A stretch of 64,000 nt of DNA from Macrostomum lignano (lineage: Eukaryota), in the NCBI GenBank assembly GCA_002269645.1, contig NIVC01002568.1:47112-111111 (forward strand), read 5' to 3'. Of the stretch, positions 35,230-47,531 are shown piece after piece. The notes beneath the pieces were generated by a model. That model searched no databases. It worked only from the letters and a program-made list of their open reading frames with translations, and had not been told where the DNA came from. The translations under genes and the position numbers were made by a program. Position 1 is the first letter of the stretch. Each line of letters starts with the position of its first letter.

Positions 35230-38200
35230 TCAGGCACTCGCGTCCCGAGCCTGCCGCTTTTCCAGCATCTCGAGGGTCTCGCGGGCCCATTTAACAGCTT
35301 CAATGTCGTTGCCAACCTCCTGGACGAATTCTAATAGCACGGCATGGCCGCCCTCGGAGGCGAGCAGGGGCACGTACTTGTCGGGCAGGTGCTTGCACAT
35401 GCTCATGAGCGCCCAGGTTCCCCAGGCGTAGCTGGCCCTAGAGCGGCGGCACCGCAGCAGCCGCAGGATGGGCTGAAAGGAGCGATAATTGATCTGCCGG
35501 CTGAGGTTGCTGGTCGGCCAGTTGCGGATCACCTCGCTGACCTTGGCGTCCAGCTCTCGCTCCACCTTGGTGAGCTCTTTTTCCCGCCTGCTGTGCAGGC
35601 AGTGGGCCACAATTCCCGCCGCGTTGTAGGCGGCCTCGACATTATCTGCTGTCCAGCGGCTCAGGTACACCAGTAGGATGTCCGCGATCTCCCTGGACTC
35701 GCCAGTCAGCAGGTCCGCGGCCAGGCTCGGCACCTCGGACACGTTGCCCAGCAGCCCCAGCACATTCCGCATCAGCTCTTGCGAGGCATCCGGCGAAGTG
35801 GAGTGCACGCGGTGACAGTCGACAAGGCACTGCAAACCGCCACTCTGCATGAAGGCAGCGCAGTTTGGCTCACTCTCGTCCGTGATGTTCCACAGGATGC
35901 TCCAGGCTGAGCTCAGGCACTGCGCCTGCGGGGCTCCGGCAATCCGCCTGGGCGGGTTCAAGCAGTTCTGGATAAACTGCAGCGCCCGGGTGACCAGCCG
36001 GCACTCGCAGCCGACGAACTGCCGCTCTGGCTCGTCGAAAGAGATCGCCAAGTAGTTGATCACCGCCAGCACGTAGCGGATGGACTCGGGCTCTTCCTCC
36101 TCGCAGCTCTGGTCCAGCACGAACAGCAGCGACCGGAGCAGCTTCACTCTACGGGAAATGGGCGAGGATTCTCTGATGGGGCGAGGGCGAGGATTCTCTG
36201 ATGGGACGAGGGCGAGGATTCTCTGATGCGGATGAGGATTCTCGGATAGGGCGAGGGCGAGGATTCTCTGATGGGACGAGGGCGAGGATTCTCTGATGGG
36301 ACGAGGGCGAGGATTCTCTGATGAGACGAGAGCGAGGATTCTCTGATGAGACGAGGGCAAGGATTATCTGATGGGACGAGGGCGAGGATTCTCTGATGGG
36401 ACGAGGGCGAGGATTATCTGATGGGACGAGGGCGAGGATTCTCTGATGGGACGAGGGCGAGGATTCTCTGATGGGACGAGGGCGAGGATTCTCTGATGGG
36501 ACGAGGGCAAGGATTCTCTGATGAGACGAGGGCGAGGATTCTCTGATGGGACGAGGGCGAGGATTCTCTGATGAGACGAGGGCGAGGATTCTCTGATGGG
36601 ACGAGGGCGAGGATTCTCTGATGGGCGAGGGCGAGAATTTTCTCTGATTTACTGTACACTCAATGGCATTTGTGCTAAGCTATGCACAAATGATGGCGCA
36701 AATGCACACAGAAAAGTCGAAAAAGGATTAGCTCACCTGGAGCAGCTCATGATAGCCGCCTCAATTTCGTTATTCAGCAGCAGGAAGAGGGACAGCAGGA
36801 AGTTGCGTCTGGTCAGCGGGTCGGCCCGCCAGCGGTAGATGGAGGTGGCAATTACGTCCAGGCAGCGGCAGACTGTGTCGAAAAGGCCGGCCGGGCGGGC
36901 CTGCAGGTAGGAGCGGATGAGGTAGTAGATCGATGCGGAGGCCTGCAGGAACAGTGCCTCGAGCTTTTCGTCGGCCCAGACGAAGTCCTCCATGATGTCA
37001 AGCAGGCGGTGCAACAGGCGCAAGCCGCAGGCGGCGCTGTTGTCGGGGCCTGGCTGAGCGGGCAGCCGCAAGAACTGGAACAGCGAGCGCAGCACGATGG
37101 TCGCAGCCTGGGGGTCGCGGGCGAACTCGCGCAGCAAGCAGGAAAAGCCAGCAAGGCTGCGCTCGGAGCCGACGCGGTCAGCGCCATCAAAGCCATCAAG
37201 GCGGCTGGCCGCGCCAAACAGGCCGAGGTAGTCAAAGGCGGCGAGCTCGGCAGACAGGGCGGGAGCGGCATCGGCCAGGCTGGTGAACGATAGGTCGAGC
37301 CGGCGAAGGCGGGGCAGCCGCTGCAGCAGGCGGCGCAGGCGGTCGGCGGCATCGGCGAAGGGGAACAGCAGCGTCTCCGCGTCTGGCAGCGGGTCGTTGT
37401 GCGGTAGCCCGATGTCCAGCACCTCTAAAAGTGGGAACTTCTCGCACAGGGCATCCAAGCCGCTCGCGTCGGACTCGGACAGCTCGTCGAGGCGCGCGGC
37501 CACCTCGGTGTCGAAGTTGTACGTCTCCAGCAGCTCCGCCACCTGCAGCAGAGATTTGTGCACCGTTATCTTTGCCAGCTTTAGCGAGGGATGGCTATTT
37601 AGTCAGTTAAAGTGCAAACAGGTGCGTGAAATCGGGTTCATGACGGCCAGCTCACCGTGATGTCCTCGGAGTCGGCCAGAAACAGGGCGACGCAGCGGCG
37701 CAGGCCGAGGCAGCGCAGCGCGGGCATCTGCGGCGCCGCCAGCAGCTGTGCGGCCGTGATGCCGCTGCCGGCCAGGTCCAGCGAGACCAGGTTGGCGCAG
37801 ATGAAGCGAACGTCCAGGTCAGCCAGGGGGTTTGAGTCCGGGTGGGCTGGCAGGCGAGCCCGCAAGCAAGTGACGCGGTTAAAGCTGATGCGGTGGTCAG
37901 CCTTGATGAGATCCGGGTAGTGCGCGCCGATGTCCAGTGTGTGCAGCAGGGAGGCGAGGCGGCGTAGGTGCACGATGTAGGTGTCCAGCTTGGGCTCGAG
38001 CGCCAGGCCTTCGTACAGGTAGAGACTGGCGGGCGTGAGGTTGAGCAGGGCGGTGAGCAGCTCCTGCTGAGCGCCGGGGTAGGGCTCGTCCCCAAGGCTG
38101 GGCGCCGTGTTGCTAGGCAGCAGGTCCAGGCGGGGCACACAAGCGCCGCGGAACAGGGCCACCTGGCGGATGGCGGCGGCAGTGACGCGGACGGGCTGGT

Positions 38201-38411
38201 CAGGCATCTGGCGGTAGTCAAAGCGGGCTGGGGTGAACCTGCGCATGCCATCAAGCAGGGGCAGCAGCAACAGCTCGGCCCCCAGCTGGCTCCGGTTCAG
38301 CCAGCTGTGCTGCCCAGCCAGCGGGCCGCCGGACTCCCAGTTGGTGTCGCAGGACAGCAGCTTCCAGGCGCACAGCTCCATGAGGCTCAGGTCTGGCGGC
38401 TGCGTTGCCAT
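35230..38411 (-). CDS. ZER1: ZER1/ZYG11-family Cul2-ElonginBC substrate receptor; exons 38411-37656, 37542(or 37578)-36737, 36148-35230
   Basis: N-terminal VHL/BC-box-like SLMELC, LRR-like segments, ARM region AWSILWNITDE, LGLLGNVSEV, AYNAAGIVAH, INYRSFQPILRLL, WGTWAL..PDKYVPLL..EGG. Confidence 0.88.
36161..36648. repeat. 25-bp minisatellite, about 19 copies, abutting the ZER1 intron-2 acceptor
   Basis: Minus-strand unit AGAATCCTCGCCCTCGTCCCATCAG. Confidence 0.95.
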
Positions 38412-39125
38412 GGTGTCAGATTTGACGGGGTGGCAGGGATTGGGCTTGGCGCCTAGGGCCGCTCAATACAGCCTTCGTCTGTGGGCATTGTGAGGTGCAG
38501 TCAATGCTTTACTAATGGTAGTGCGGAAGGCAACTTTGGCCGAATAAAAACTACAAGCTGCGATTTTTATGACAAAATAAGAAACAATTCTATTAATAGT
38601 AATTTCATAATTTCATAGTAGCACTGGTAGAATTTAGGATAAAGAATTAGACAAAAAAGTCAAACAGGTTGAAAAAATTGAACAATTTGAACAAATTACA
38701 AGTTTAGAATACTACTGCTTCCAGGTTTTTCAATAAAATAAATTACTTATAAATCATTGTAACTTTATCTAAATACATGTTTATCTAAACATATCTAAAT
38801 TTTAGTTGAACTAAGACCAGCTGGGTGCATCATTCATTTCGCTATGCTATATATGTATTGGCATAATGAAATTAAAACAGTGCTCTTATGTTTGAAATCA
38901 GTAGCAGCAGCTAAGCATATAACATTGGTGACACACATTGCTGAAACTGCCAAAAAGGTTTGAGTGAAATGAGTCCATGTCTATAGCAGTCAAACTTTGA
39001 CACTGAGATGCTACATGTAGTTTATTACAAAATTTGTACTGCATTTTTGGCTCCCAGCGCTAAGATACTACAAGTAAGCTAAAAAATACTACTAGCACTT
39101 CAAAACATATGCAGATGTCGGGCTG

Positions 39126-39210
39126 TAGGGTTAGTGTTAGGGTTGGTGTTGGGGTTAAGGTTTAGGGTTAGGTTCAGGGTTATAGCGTTAAGATTCAGGT
39201 TAGGGCTAGG
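39126..39210. repeat. Degenerate TTAGGG-like hexamer tract (a smaller one lies at about 39330-39360)
   Basis: TAGGGTTAGTGTTAGGGTTGGTGTTGGGGTTAAGGTTTAGGGTTAGG... Confidence 0.7.
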
Positions 39211-40406
39211 CCTGGTAGCTTATAACTTTAGCTCATGTAGCTTATTAAAAATGTTTATCATAGAAGCATCATGCAAAAATAATGGAAGCGTCACGCAAAA
39301 AATCATGGACAAAATAATAAATTTAGTGTTATGGTTAAGGTTAGGGTTAAGGTTAGAAGTTTAACAGGAGATTTTTTAAGATTTCAAGGCTACATGTAGG
39401 TTATTAAAAAACGTGTATTGCATTTCTTTGGCTCCCCAACGGGGGGCATAGATTGCTAGTGGGAAGACTATGAGCAAGAAGTCAGCCTCTAGTTGGATGC
39501 GTGTCAAATTAGCTATGGAAAGTGGCAGTAATCAATGTTTTTCCTATGTGTTGGTCCAAATATGTGAGTTTTCTGAAAGCCAGGAAGAAATGGGCAATGA
39601 CTTCTCTATAGCAGAGGGAAAGCTATATGAGCCTTCAAGGATAAGACAAATGTAATTTAGAAAAGTTTCAATCTACTGCAAGCTTGCCAAAAAGATTGTG
39701 AAAATATTGACACTAGAGTTCTACCATAGCTAATAGATATGGGTATGAGAAATTACAGATATGGAGGCTTTTAGACAAAACATATGATATGGATATGGTT
39801 ACAAGAATGTACATTTTCTATATCTTTTCATTGCCTATTGCATTTACCCCCTTTGGCCCTTTGTGCAACCAAAAACCAAAATGCAACTTACATATAAAAG
39901 AAACCTAAGCAACAATTAATGCAATTTTGGATAAATAACAGGAGTAACTATGACTATATTATTAAAGCTAAATGCCTTATTATCTAATTAGAATTAAATC
40001 TGTATTTTTTTAGGTCAGGCATTTTTGCAATTTATATTGGCTAGGCCACTTATTAGCTAGCTAAATCAGCCAGCTTGGTGTTGCACATGGCAATTATTGT
40101 CAATACAAAGCTAATAAGTGGCAATCAATTGATTGAATTATTAAATCATTGATTGATTAAATCAAGTATTAATTTTTTTTATTCTATTGTTAATACATTG
40201 TAATAGAGAATCATGTGTGATTAATAATATAAACATTAATAACATTGACAAAAATGCTTACAAAGTAAAAGAAAACTTGCAACATATATTTAGTCAATCA
40301 TCTTCTAGTATAAGGTCAAGGTTTACATAGTCAAAGGTTTAAGTCAAAGTCAAAGGTCAAAGGTTTAAATCTTCTATGCTTTGTCTCTCATAAGGCTTAA
40401 TATATG

Positions 40407-41285
40407 CAGTGTTGGGCACAATACTCAAAAAAGTATCAATGAAAACCTATACTCCAATACCCTTTCTGAAAAAAAGAATTGTTGATAACCTGAAAGTCTG
40501 ATACCCAAATTTGAATATTGGCAATACACTAATTCCGATACTATATTCAATACCCAGTTTTTGCAAAAAGAAATCTTGACAAATATAAATGCATATAAGT
40601 TAAGATTCTCAGACCTTCTCCTAGGTTTTTAAGGCAAATATAGCAAGCTTAGCATTGTTCTAAATGATGAAGCCTTTAGTAAAGCAAAAAATTAAATTAA
40701 CAAATAAAAACCAATAGTTGCCACTGTAGTCAATCAATTGACTACCTACTAGCCTCTGTAGCATACAGTCTTCTTTATGCCTATTAGTAGAGTTATTGTT
40801 TTAGTATAGTGTGGCAACCTGCTAGACTATGATTAGTACACCTGCACGCTTAACCTCAGCCTTGTTTTTTGGGTTGGGTGCATTTATATATACATGTAAC
40901 TAGCTAGCCAGACTAAATGCTCTAAGCCAAGGTACAGAATTTAAAGCCTTATCTCTGATTGGGTAACACCTTGCCTCTCCACCCTTTATACATGTAAACC
41001 TAAGTAAATCGCGTCACCTTTCTTTCCTTTATTCAACTTGGCCTTGCCCAATATATGCACCTAAAATAGTGGATTTATTTATTTATTGCTGACAGTATAT
41101 ATACACATTGTTTATTAAATTGCTTGTTGCTAGTGTATCAGACTATTGAACTATTGGGAAAATTTGAAAATTGTATTGGAAGTTACCAAAGTCCAATACT
41201 GTCAAAAAAGTATTGGCTTCCAATGCTCCAATACCTAAAAGGTATTGCCAATAGTATTGGAATATTGGAATTGTGCCCAACACTG
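40407..41285. mobile_element. hAT-like MITE
   Basis: TIR CAGTGTTGGGCACAAT / ATTGTGCCCAACACTG; flanks AATATATG / AATATATA; CAATAC/GTATTG subterminal motifs. Same terminal type as 4092-5075. Confidence 0.85.
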
Positions 41286-42329
41286 AATATATATTCAGCA
41301 ACTTTGAAAGTTACCACTATATGCCACTGAGCAATTTCTCTTAGATTATTTTGAAATAAAAGATACTTTACCTACATTCTCAAAAGTGCAACCATGGATG
41401 GAATCTTCTATGATGTGACTTTCAAATGATATTCCTATTGTTAATATATTACAAACAATATAGATTAATGTATCTCAATGACTTTGGCATCCTTAGATAT
41501 TGTTTAGCATATATATTCTTTAGGAAAAATAGTACAGGTGGATTAATACACATTTTGATGTATAATTGATTAGAATAACAAGTATAAATATTCAAATAGG
41601 TATAAGTATATATAAAGTCCAATAAAAAAATATATACATATATTCCATTGAAATAAAATATAAAAATTGTATTCAATATGAATGATAATGACTAGAGTTT
41701 TTACTATAACTAAATTTTTCTATATCTATATCCATAGCTATATCTTGACATTTTTCCTATAGCCATCTGTACTCTATATCTATAGCCATAGCTAGTGAAC
41801 TTTTTGTAACTATTGTATAATACTGAGACCTGAACCTTGATAGATGCCTTGGAAAGGCAGCTAGACACTGTATGTGGCTATGTTATATGCGACATTTGGA
41901 GTGCATAGCCATCTAGGCAGCAAGACTAATATGGCACTATATATAAGGGCATTCCTAATGTGGCCTGACTTACTATGTGAGTGACAACTTTGATTGGCTG
42001 GTAGTCATTTGGTTGGAAGCCTTTTGCATTAGGTTGCTACACAAAGTGCTACTGTTAGCCTTTTCTCTTCTCTCTTCCCTCTTTTTCCCTTTCTTTTGTA
42101 CCTTCTCTCCTTTTTCTTTTGATATATTTTATTGTATTGTTTAAATAACTAAAGTAAAAAAATCCCAAATTTGTATCATGTTTGTATCAGTTGGTTTCCA
42201 AGAAAGCCTCCTTTGTAATCTAGCCTTCTTTGACAATGGAAATGCTAGGTGGCTTTTCCATTAGCTTTATTCAACTTAAAAGCTCCTACTATCCCAAACA
42301 CAATGTGTAAGTGGTATCAAAAATGTTGA

Positions 42330-42860
42330 CCTAAGTCCCTAACCCCAGGGACTTAAAAGCTACCTTTGTATTGAAAGTGAAAATATGTCTTAACTTTAGC
42401 CCCCTCCCTATTTTAGCACCCTATACATATAGTATCAAAATTTCTTTTTTGCTTGAGTTCCCAATTCTAAGGACTTAAGAGTTCCTTTTATAATGAAAAT
42501 GGAAATAGTCATCTTAAATTTAGCCCTCACAATCCTAACCCTATCCTAATCCTTGACCCTAGGGACTTAAAAGCATTAGTCCCTGCATTAAAAGTAAAAA
42601 AAATCTTAACATTAGATCCTATTACCCAACAACATGTATATGGCATTGAAACTTGCTAGGCCTATTGTTTAAGTCACCAAATTCTTGCAAGGACTTAAGT
42701 AAGGCCTAAGAGCTTTTTAAAAATGATAAAACATTCATATTAACTTTAGCCTTTATAAATATAGACCAATCAGAATATGGACATGGCACTAAAAATCTAT
42801 ATAAATGCTTAAATCCTAAAATAAATTACAAGGACTTACAAGTTCCTCTCACTTTGAAAC
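42330..42860. repeat. Old, diverged tandem repeat (about 5 units of roughly 90-140 bp)
   Basis: AGGACTTA(A/C)..GAAA..CTTAACTTTAGCC motifs recur about five times. Confidence 0.55.
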
Positions 42861-43283
42861 TAGCAATATTTATTTATTTCTATTACCATATATCTATCAA
42901 ATCAATCACTCTAATGCCAATGGTCTTTCAAGTCTAAGTTGAATAGTATTACTAGATACAAGAATAGGAACTAGACATAGGAAATATATATTTGCATATG
43001 CTTTGCCAAAAAATCTTTATATCTATAGTTTCCCATACTATATCCATAATAATAATAATTTTTTTATCAAGACTATAAAATATAATATAGCCATAGAGTA
43101 GGCCTAGGCCTAGCCTAGATAATTAGGTCTTAAGGCATTCTTTTATTTTAGGATATCCAGTCCTATTGATTACTTGCATCATTTTTGTTATATAATATCC
43201 AATGGAAAATATAATTTTTAGCATATAGGCCTTGATTAAAACAGACATAGGCAATTGCAAAAATCCAGCTTATAGCTTAATAC

Positions 43284-43856
43284 CAGGATGGAATTCTTGC
43301 TTGGGGTAGGAAAACGCGCGTGCATATTTTTGGAGCAGCGCGCATACTAGCTATAAAAATAAGTCATAATGCGGAACATGGCCCATGCACAAAAAATGAA
43401 ATTTCCTTTTTCTAGTTTTTAAATTCTATGCCAATGTAAATTAAAAAATTGTACTTCAAGTTTAAAGTCGCTTGAACACTATATTTTTTAGAGAAAATAT
43501 TCTTTAAAAATTGTAAGAGTTTTACTAAACTTTAAAGTAACTATTTTTGCTAAAAACTCTTTGTTTTACTTTTATTTTGACATTTTCCAGTGTAAAACAA
43601 CCTTCTAGACTATGAAAAGTAGGAAAACTTGAGCACGCATATGCCACATGGCATATAACCATGTTGAATGCATGTAAAAGTCAATTCCTATCTGTGATTC
43701 TGTGGCAAACAGCTTCTTGTGCAAGCACATACGATGGAGCACGCACACACTTCTTTAAGACTGAGTAAGTAGGCTCCTTTTTAGTACGCAAGCATGCACA
43801 AATTTGACAAGTGTGCACAAATGCGCAACAACTTTTGTGCAAAAATTCTATCCTAG
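43284..43856. mobile_element. Non-autonomous TIR element with perfect 8-bp TSD
   Basis: Termini CCAGGATGGAATT vs CTAGGATAGAATT (reverse complement). TSD GCTTAATA at 43276-43283 and 43857-43864. Confidence 0.8.
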
Positions 43857-44116
43857 GCTTAATAGAACACAATCATATTCTTTTTATATTTATTTTTATA
43901 ATATAATACCCTGAATAAATAATTTGTTAATAATGCATTATAAAACAAAAGTGAAAAAGGTTACCAAAATGAAAATAAGGGAGAATAATAAAAGAATTAG
44001 ACAGTTCAATATTACAATTATAAGATTTTAATATGTCTATATCTAGTTCTTTCTCACTTTTGTCTAATAATATTTTATTAACAAATTATCTATCCATTTA
44101 GGGTAGGCCTAGGGCC

Positions 44117-44423
44117 CCTGATTGCAGCGCATGAGCATTTTGGCGGACGGCGTCCGGCACGGATCAGCCTGCGCGGCGCAGCATTGGTGGTGGACCAGGG
44201 GTAAGTCGCAAAAATGCCACCCCATAGAATACAGGCGTAGTACTAATTAGATGCCAAGGCATTTAGGCTTGATAAGACAGTCATAGTTACTCCTGCCGTT
44301 TACCCAAAACTAATTAACAAAAGTTAATTTTGCTTTAGGGTTTCTTTCACAGGTAAGTCATTTCACAGCGTGGCGCAGGTTGTGTAGGCGTCTGGCATAC
44401 TTAAGCCATGCGCTGCAATAGGG
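44117..44423. mobile_element. MITE with 8-bp TSD
   Basis: Termini CCTGATTGCAGCGCATG vs CCCTATTGCAGCGCATG (reverse complement). TSD CTAGGGCC at 44109-44116 and 44424-44431. Confidence 0.75.
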
Positions 44424-44669
44424 CTAGGGCCTATCATATAACAAATGTGAATATAAGGATTGTGCTCTAATAAGCTTTGATTAGGCCTATAAAATTTTTG
44501 TAATCACAACTATGTTTATTTCAATTCTCACTATTTTCCATTGGGTATTAGGCTATATAATAAAATTGATGCAAAATATAGGCATTGATGGCATAGTTCT
44601 AGTTTACTTCGTTATATTCCAACCCCCCTACCCTTGAATAGAGGGCAAAATAATTTAACGCAGTAAACT

Positions 44670-47531
44670 CAGGGTTTTTTTTTGTGCGCAGAGTGTGCGT
44701 ATGCACCCTAAATTTTAAAATCGCACCCTGAAATTAAAAAAGTAGGTGCGGTTTAGGTGCGGTCTTATAACCATTTTTCTTTAAAGGCTTAACCATGCTT
44801 AAGCTATTTTTTATGCACTGCCTTAAAATATGAAACAAAATAACTCTTTAAATCCTATTAAGTCATATAGATTATAGGCGATATAGCCTATAGCTATAGC
44901 CTTATGTAAGATATTAAAATATACATTCCCAGTTGTCTGAAATGTGAGCAATGTGAGGGTTTCACGAGAGATATTCAGACAAAGGCTCCCTAAAACACGC
45001 CCCGCACAGGGCCCCGAACTGCTACACATTATAACATTTTTTGTCAATGCAGTATTTGATTGCAAGGAAAAGTTAAAATAGTAATGGAATAAATATCTTT
45101 ATTTATTTTTTTAAATATTATTATTTTTTATATTCTCGTTTTCATTATTAAATTATAATATTATTATTAAAATCACTTATTGTTCACCGAATTTTATATT
45201 TCAAAGTAAAAAAAAACTAAATTTAATAAAAACTTGAAGCTTAACAGAAAACGCATTCTGAAGTGTCTTTAGTTATAGTCCAATTTGTTTTAATGTGTAG
45301 CGCTGCAGGGCGGTGCGGGGCATGTTTTAGGGAGACCCATTCAGACAGACATTCAAAATGATTGTCTGTAACTTTAAACAAAATTGACCCGCTTCAACCA
45401 TCTTTTTGGCAAATACTTACACAAGTGTTGGGCATCGAATAAGCTTTAATTTATTAACTGAAGTAAAAATCCTTCTGACATACATTGATTTAAAAATTGC
45501 TTAGCAACACTAGCTCTGATTAGAAATCGCTTTACTGTTGACTAAAATTGTTTTGATCGTAGCAGCCTAAAAGCAGATACTGGATTTAAAAATGCTTCAA
45601 TTTACTCTATATGCATGTCTCAGCTTTAAAATGACACCTCAGGCGTCGCAAAAGACAGCTTTGATGCTGAGATATTTGACACTAAACATGCATTGCTTTG
45701 CGCAATCTCACATTCAGAAATTTCACTGATTTTTTGTCGATATTTGTGCAGTTGCCATGTCCTTGTTTTTCATCAGAATCTTGTCAAATTCTAGTCATGT
45801 CTATACGCATGTCTCAGCTTTAAAATGACACCTCAGGCATTGCAAAAGACAGCTTTGATGCTGAGATATTCGACACTAAACATTGCTTTGCTCAAACTCA
45901 CATTTGGAAACTTCACTGATTTTTATTCAATATTTGTTCAGATGCTTGTCTACTTCTCCATTTATTAACCATCGCATGGAGCCTTGCTAACGTACAAGTG
46001 TATGTAGTTACAGTAAATGGGGTTTTTGTGACTCACTTAAACTTGTTTACGCATTCTGCAGCTATTCGCCGCCTTTCATTGGAGTGATTCATGGAGTCCA
46101 GTTGATAAATTTCCACAAATTGGACTGCTTCTACGTCAGATCTCAACATTTGGAACCGTCCTTGAACTATTTCAGAGTTAAGTGAGCTAATGGCATCAAA
46201 TGGAAGGCTAGTGCTCGTACTTGTAAGCGAAGCAGGTTCACAATTGAAATGGTTGTATTCATGGCCATGGGATCTAAACTGATCTGTTTTACTTTCACGA
46301 TCGCTTTGGTCTCAGAAGGAGCAGCAGTTGATGGACTGAGGTGAGAAGAAGATGTGTCACGATTTGAGCTGTTTTTAGAAAATATCTTTATTATCCAATT
46401 AAATATTTTCATGCGGCTCCTTAGGTTGTTCCGAATTCCGAGTCTAGAAGTCAAGACAGAAAAAAAGTTAAGAACTGCTACTGTAGTCCATAGGGATTGG
46501 AAAGCTTAGCAGTACATTAGAAATCGCCTGTTCAATCTAAAAAGTTTGAAGTACATATAGCTATTGGGTTGCAACAACAGTAGAAAAAATTCTTCCTTTT
46601 TATTTTATTCCCACCGCTTACCTCATTCCGATTTGGATAGCAGAATTGCCACGCAAAAAAAGTAAAAACATAATAATAAACTATTTGCTTCATATTAATT
46701 GCCACTGACTGCTAATAAACGCGACGTCAATTTCTCTCAATAACAGTTGGAACATGTTTCTCGTACACTCATATATTTATTTGAACTGCAAAGTGGTGAA
46801 AAAGTCATGATTGGTTGCCATATGTACAAATGTACACTCACAGACTCACTGACTCAGGTACAATCTATGCAATATAAAGGCAGGAATCATTAAAAAAAAT
46901 ACTTAAGACAGTTTAAGAGAAGTCCAGGTTTAAACTGGACATGACTAGAATTTGACAAGTTTCTGATGAAAAACAAGGACACGGCAGCTGCACAAATATC
47001 GACAAAAAATCAGTGAAATTTCTGAATGTGAGATTGCGCAAAGCAATGCATGTTTAGTGTCAAATATCTCAGCATCAAAGCTGTCTTTTGCGACGCCTGA
47101 GGTGTCATTTTAAAGCTGAGACATGCGTATAGAGTAAATTGAAGCATTTTTAAATCCAGTATCTGCTTTTAGGCTGCTACAATCAAAACAATTTTAGTCA
47201 ACAGTAAAGCGATTTCTAATCAGAGCTAGTGTTGCTAAGCAATTTTTAAATCAATGTATGTCAGAAGGATTTTTACTTCAGTTAATAAATTAAAGCTTAT
47301 TCGACGCCCAACACTTGCGCAAGTATTTGCCAAAAAGATGGTTGAAGCGGGTCAATTTTGTTTAAAGTTACAGACGATCGTTTCGAATGTCTGTCTGAAT
47401 ATCTCTCGTGAAACCCTCACATTCTAAACAAGACTCAAGAGAAATTGCACTCTGAGCCTTAAAATCGCACCTTGAAATTTGGCACAAGGTGCGATTTCGC
47501 ACCTTATCTCTGGCGAAAAAAAAAAACCCAG
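44670..47531. mobile_element. 2.86-kb non-autonomous hAT-like element with long internal inverted repeats
   Basis: Termini CAGGGTTTTTTTTT..CAGAG vs CTGGGTTTTTTTTT..CAGAG (reverse complement). Perfect TSD AGTAAACT at 44662-44669 and 47532-47539. Arms about 44950-45801 and 46938-47424. Confidence 0.85.
44982..45338. mobile_element. Mutator-like MITE nested in the left arm
   Basis: 26-bp TIRs (..CTCCCTAAAACA(C/T)GCCCCGCAC). 9-bp TSD ATTCAGACA at 44973-44981 and 45339-45347. Confidence 0.8.

Noticed and set aside
6044-36648. CRISPR-like arrays among the 25-67 bp repeats
   Set aside because: Units are contiguous with no unique spacers, there are no cas genes, and the context is eukaryotic.
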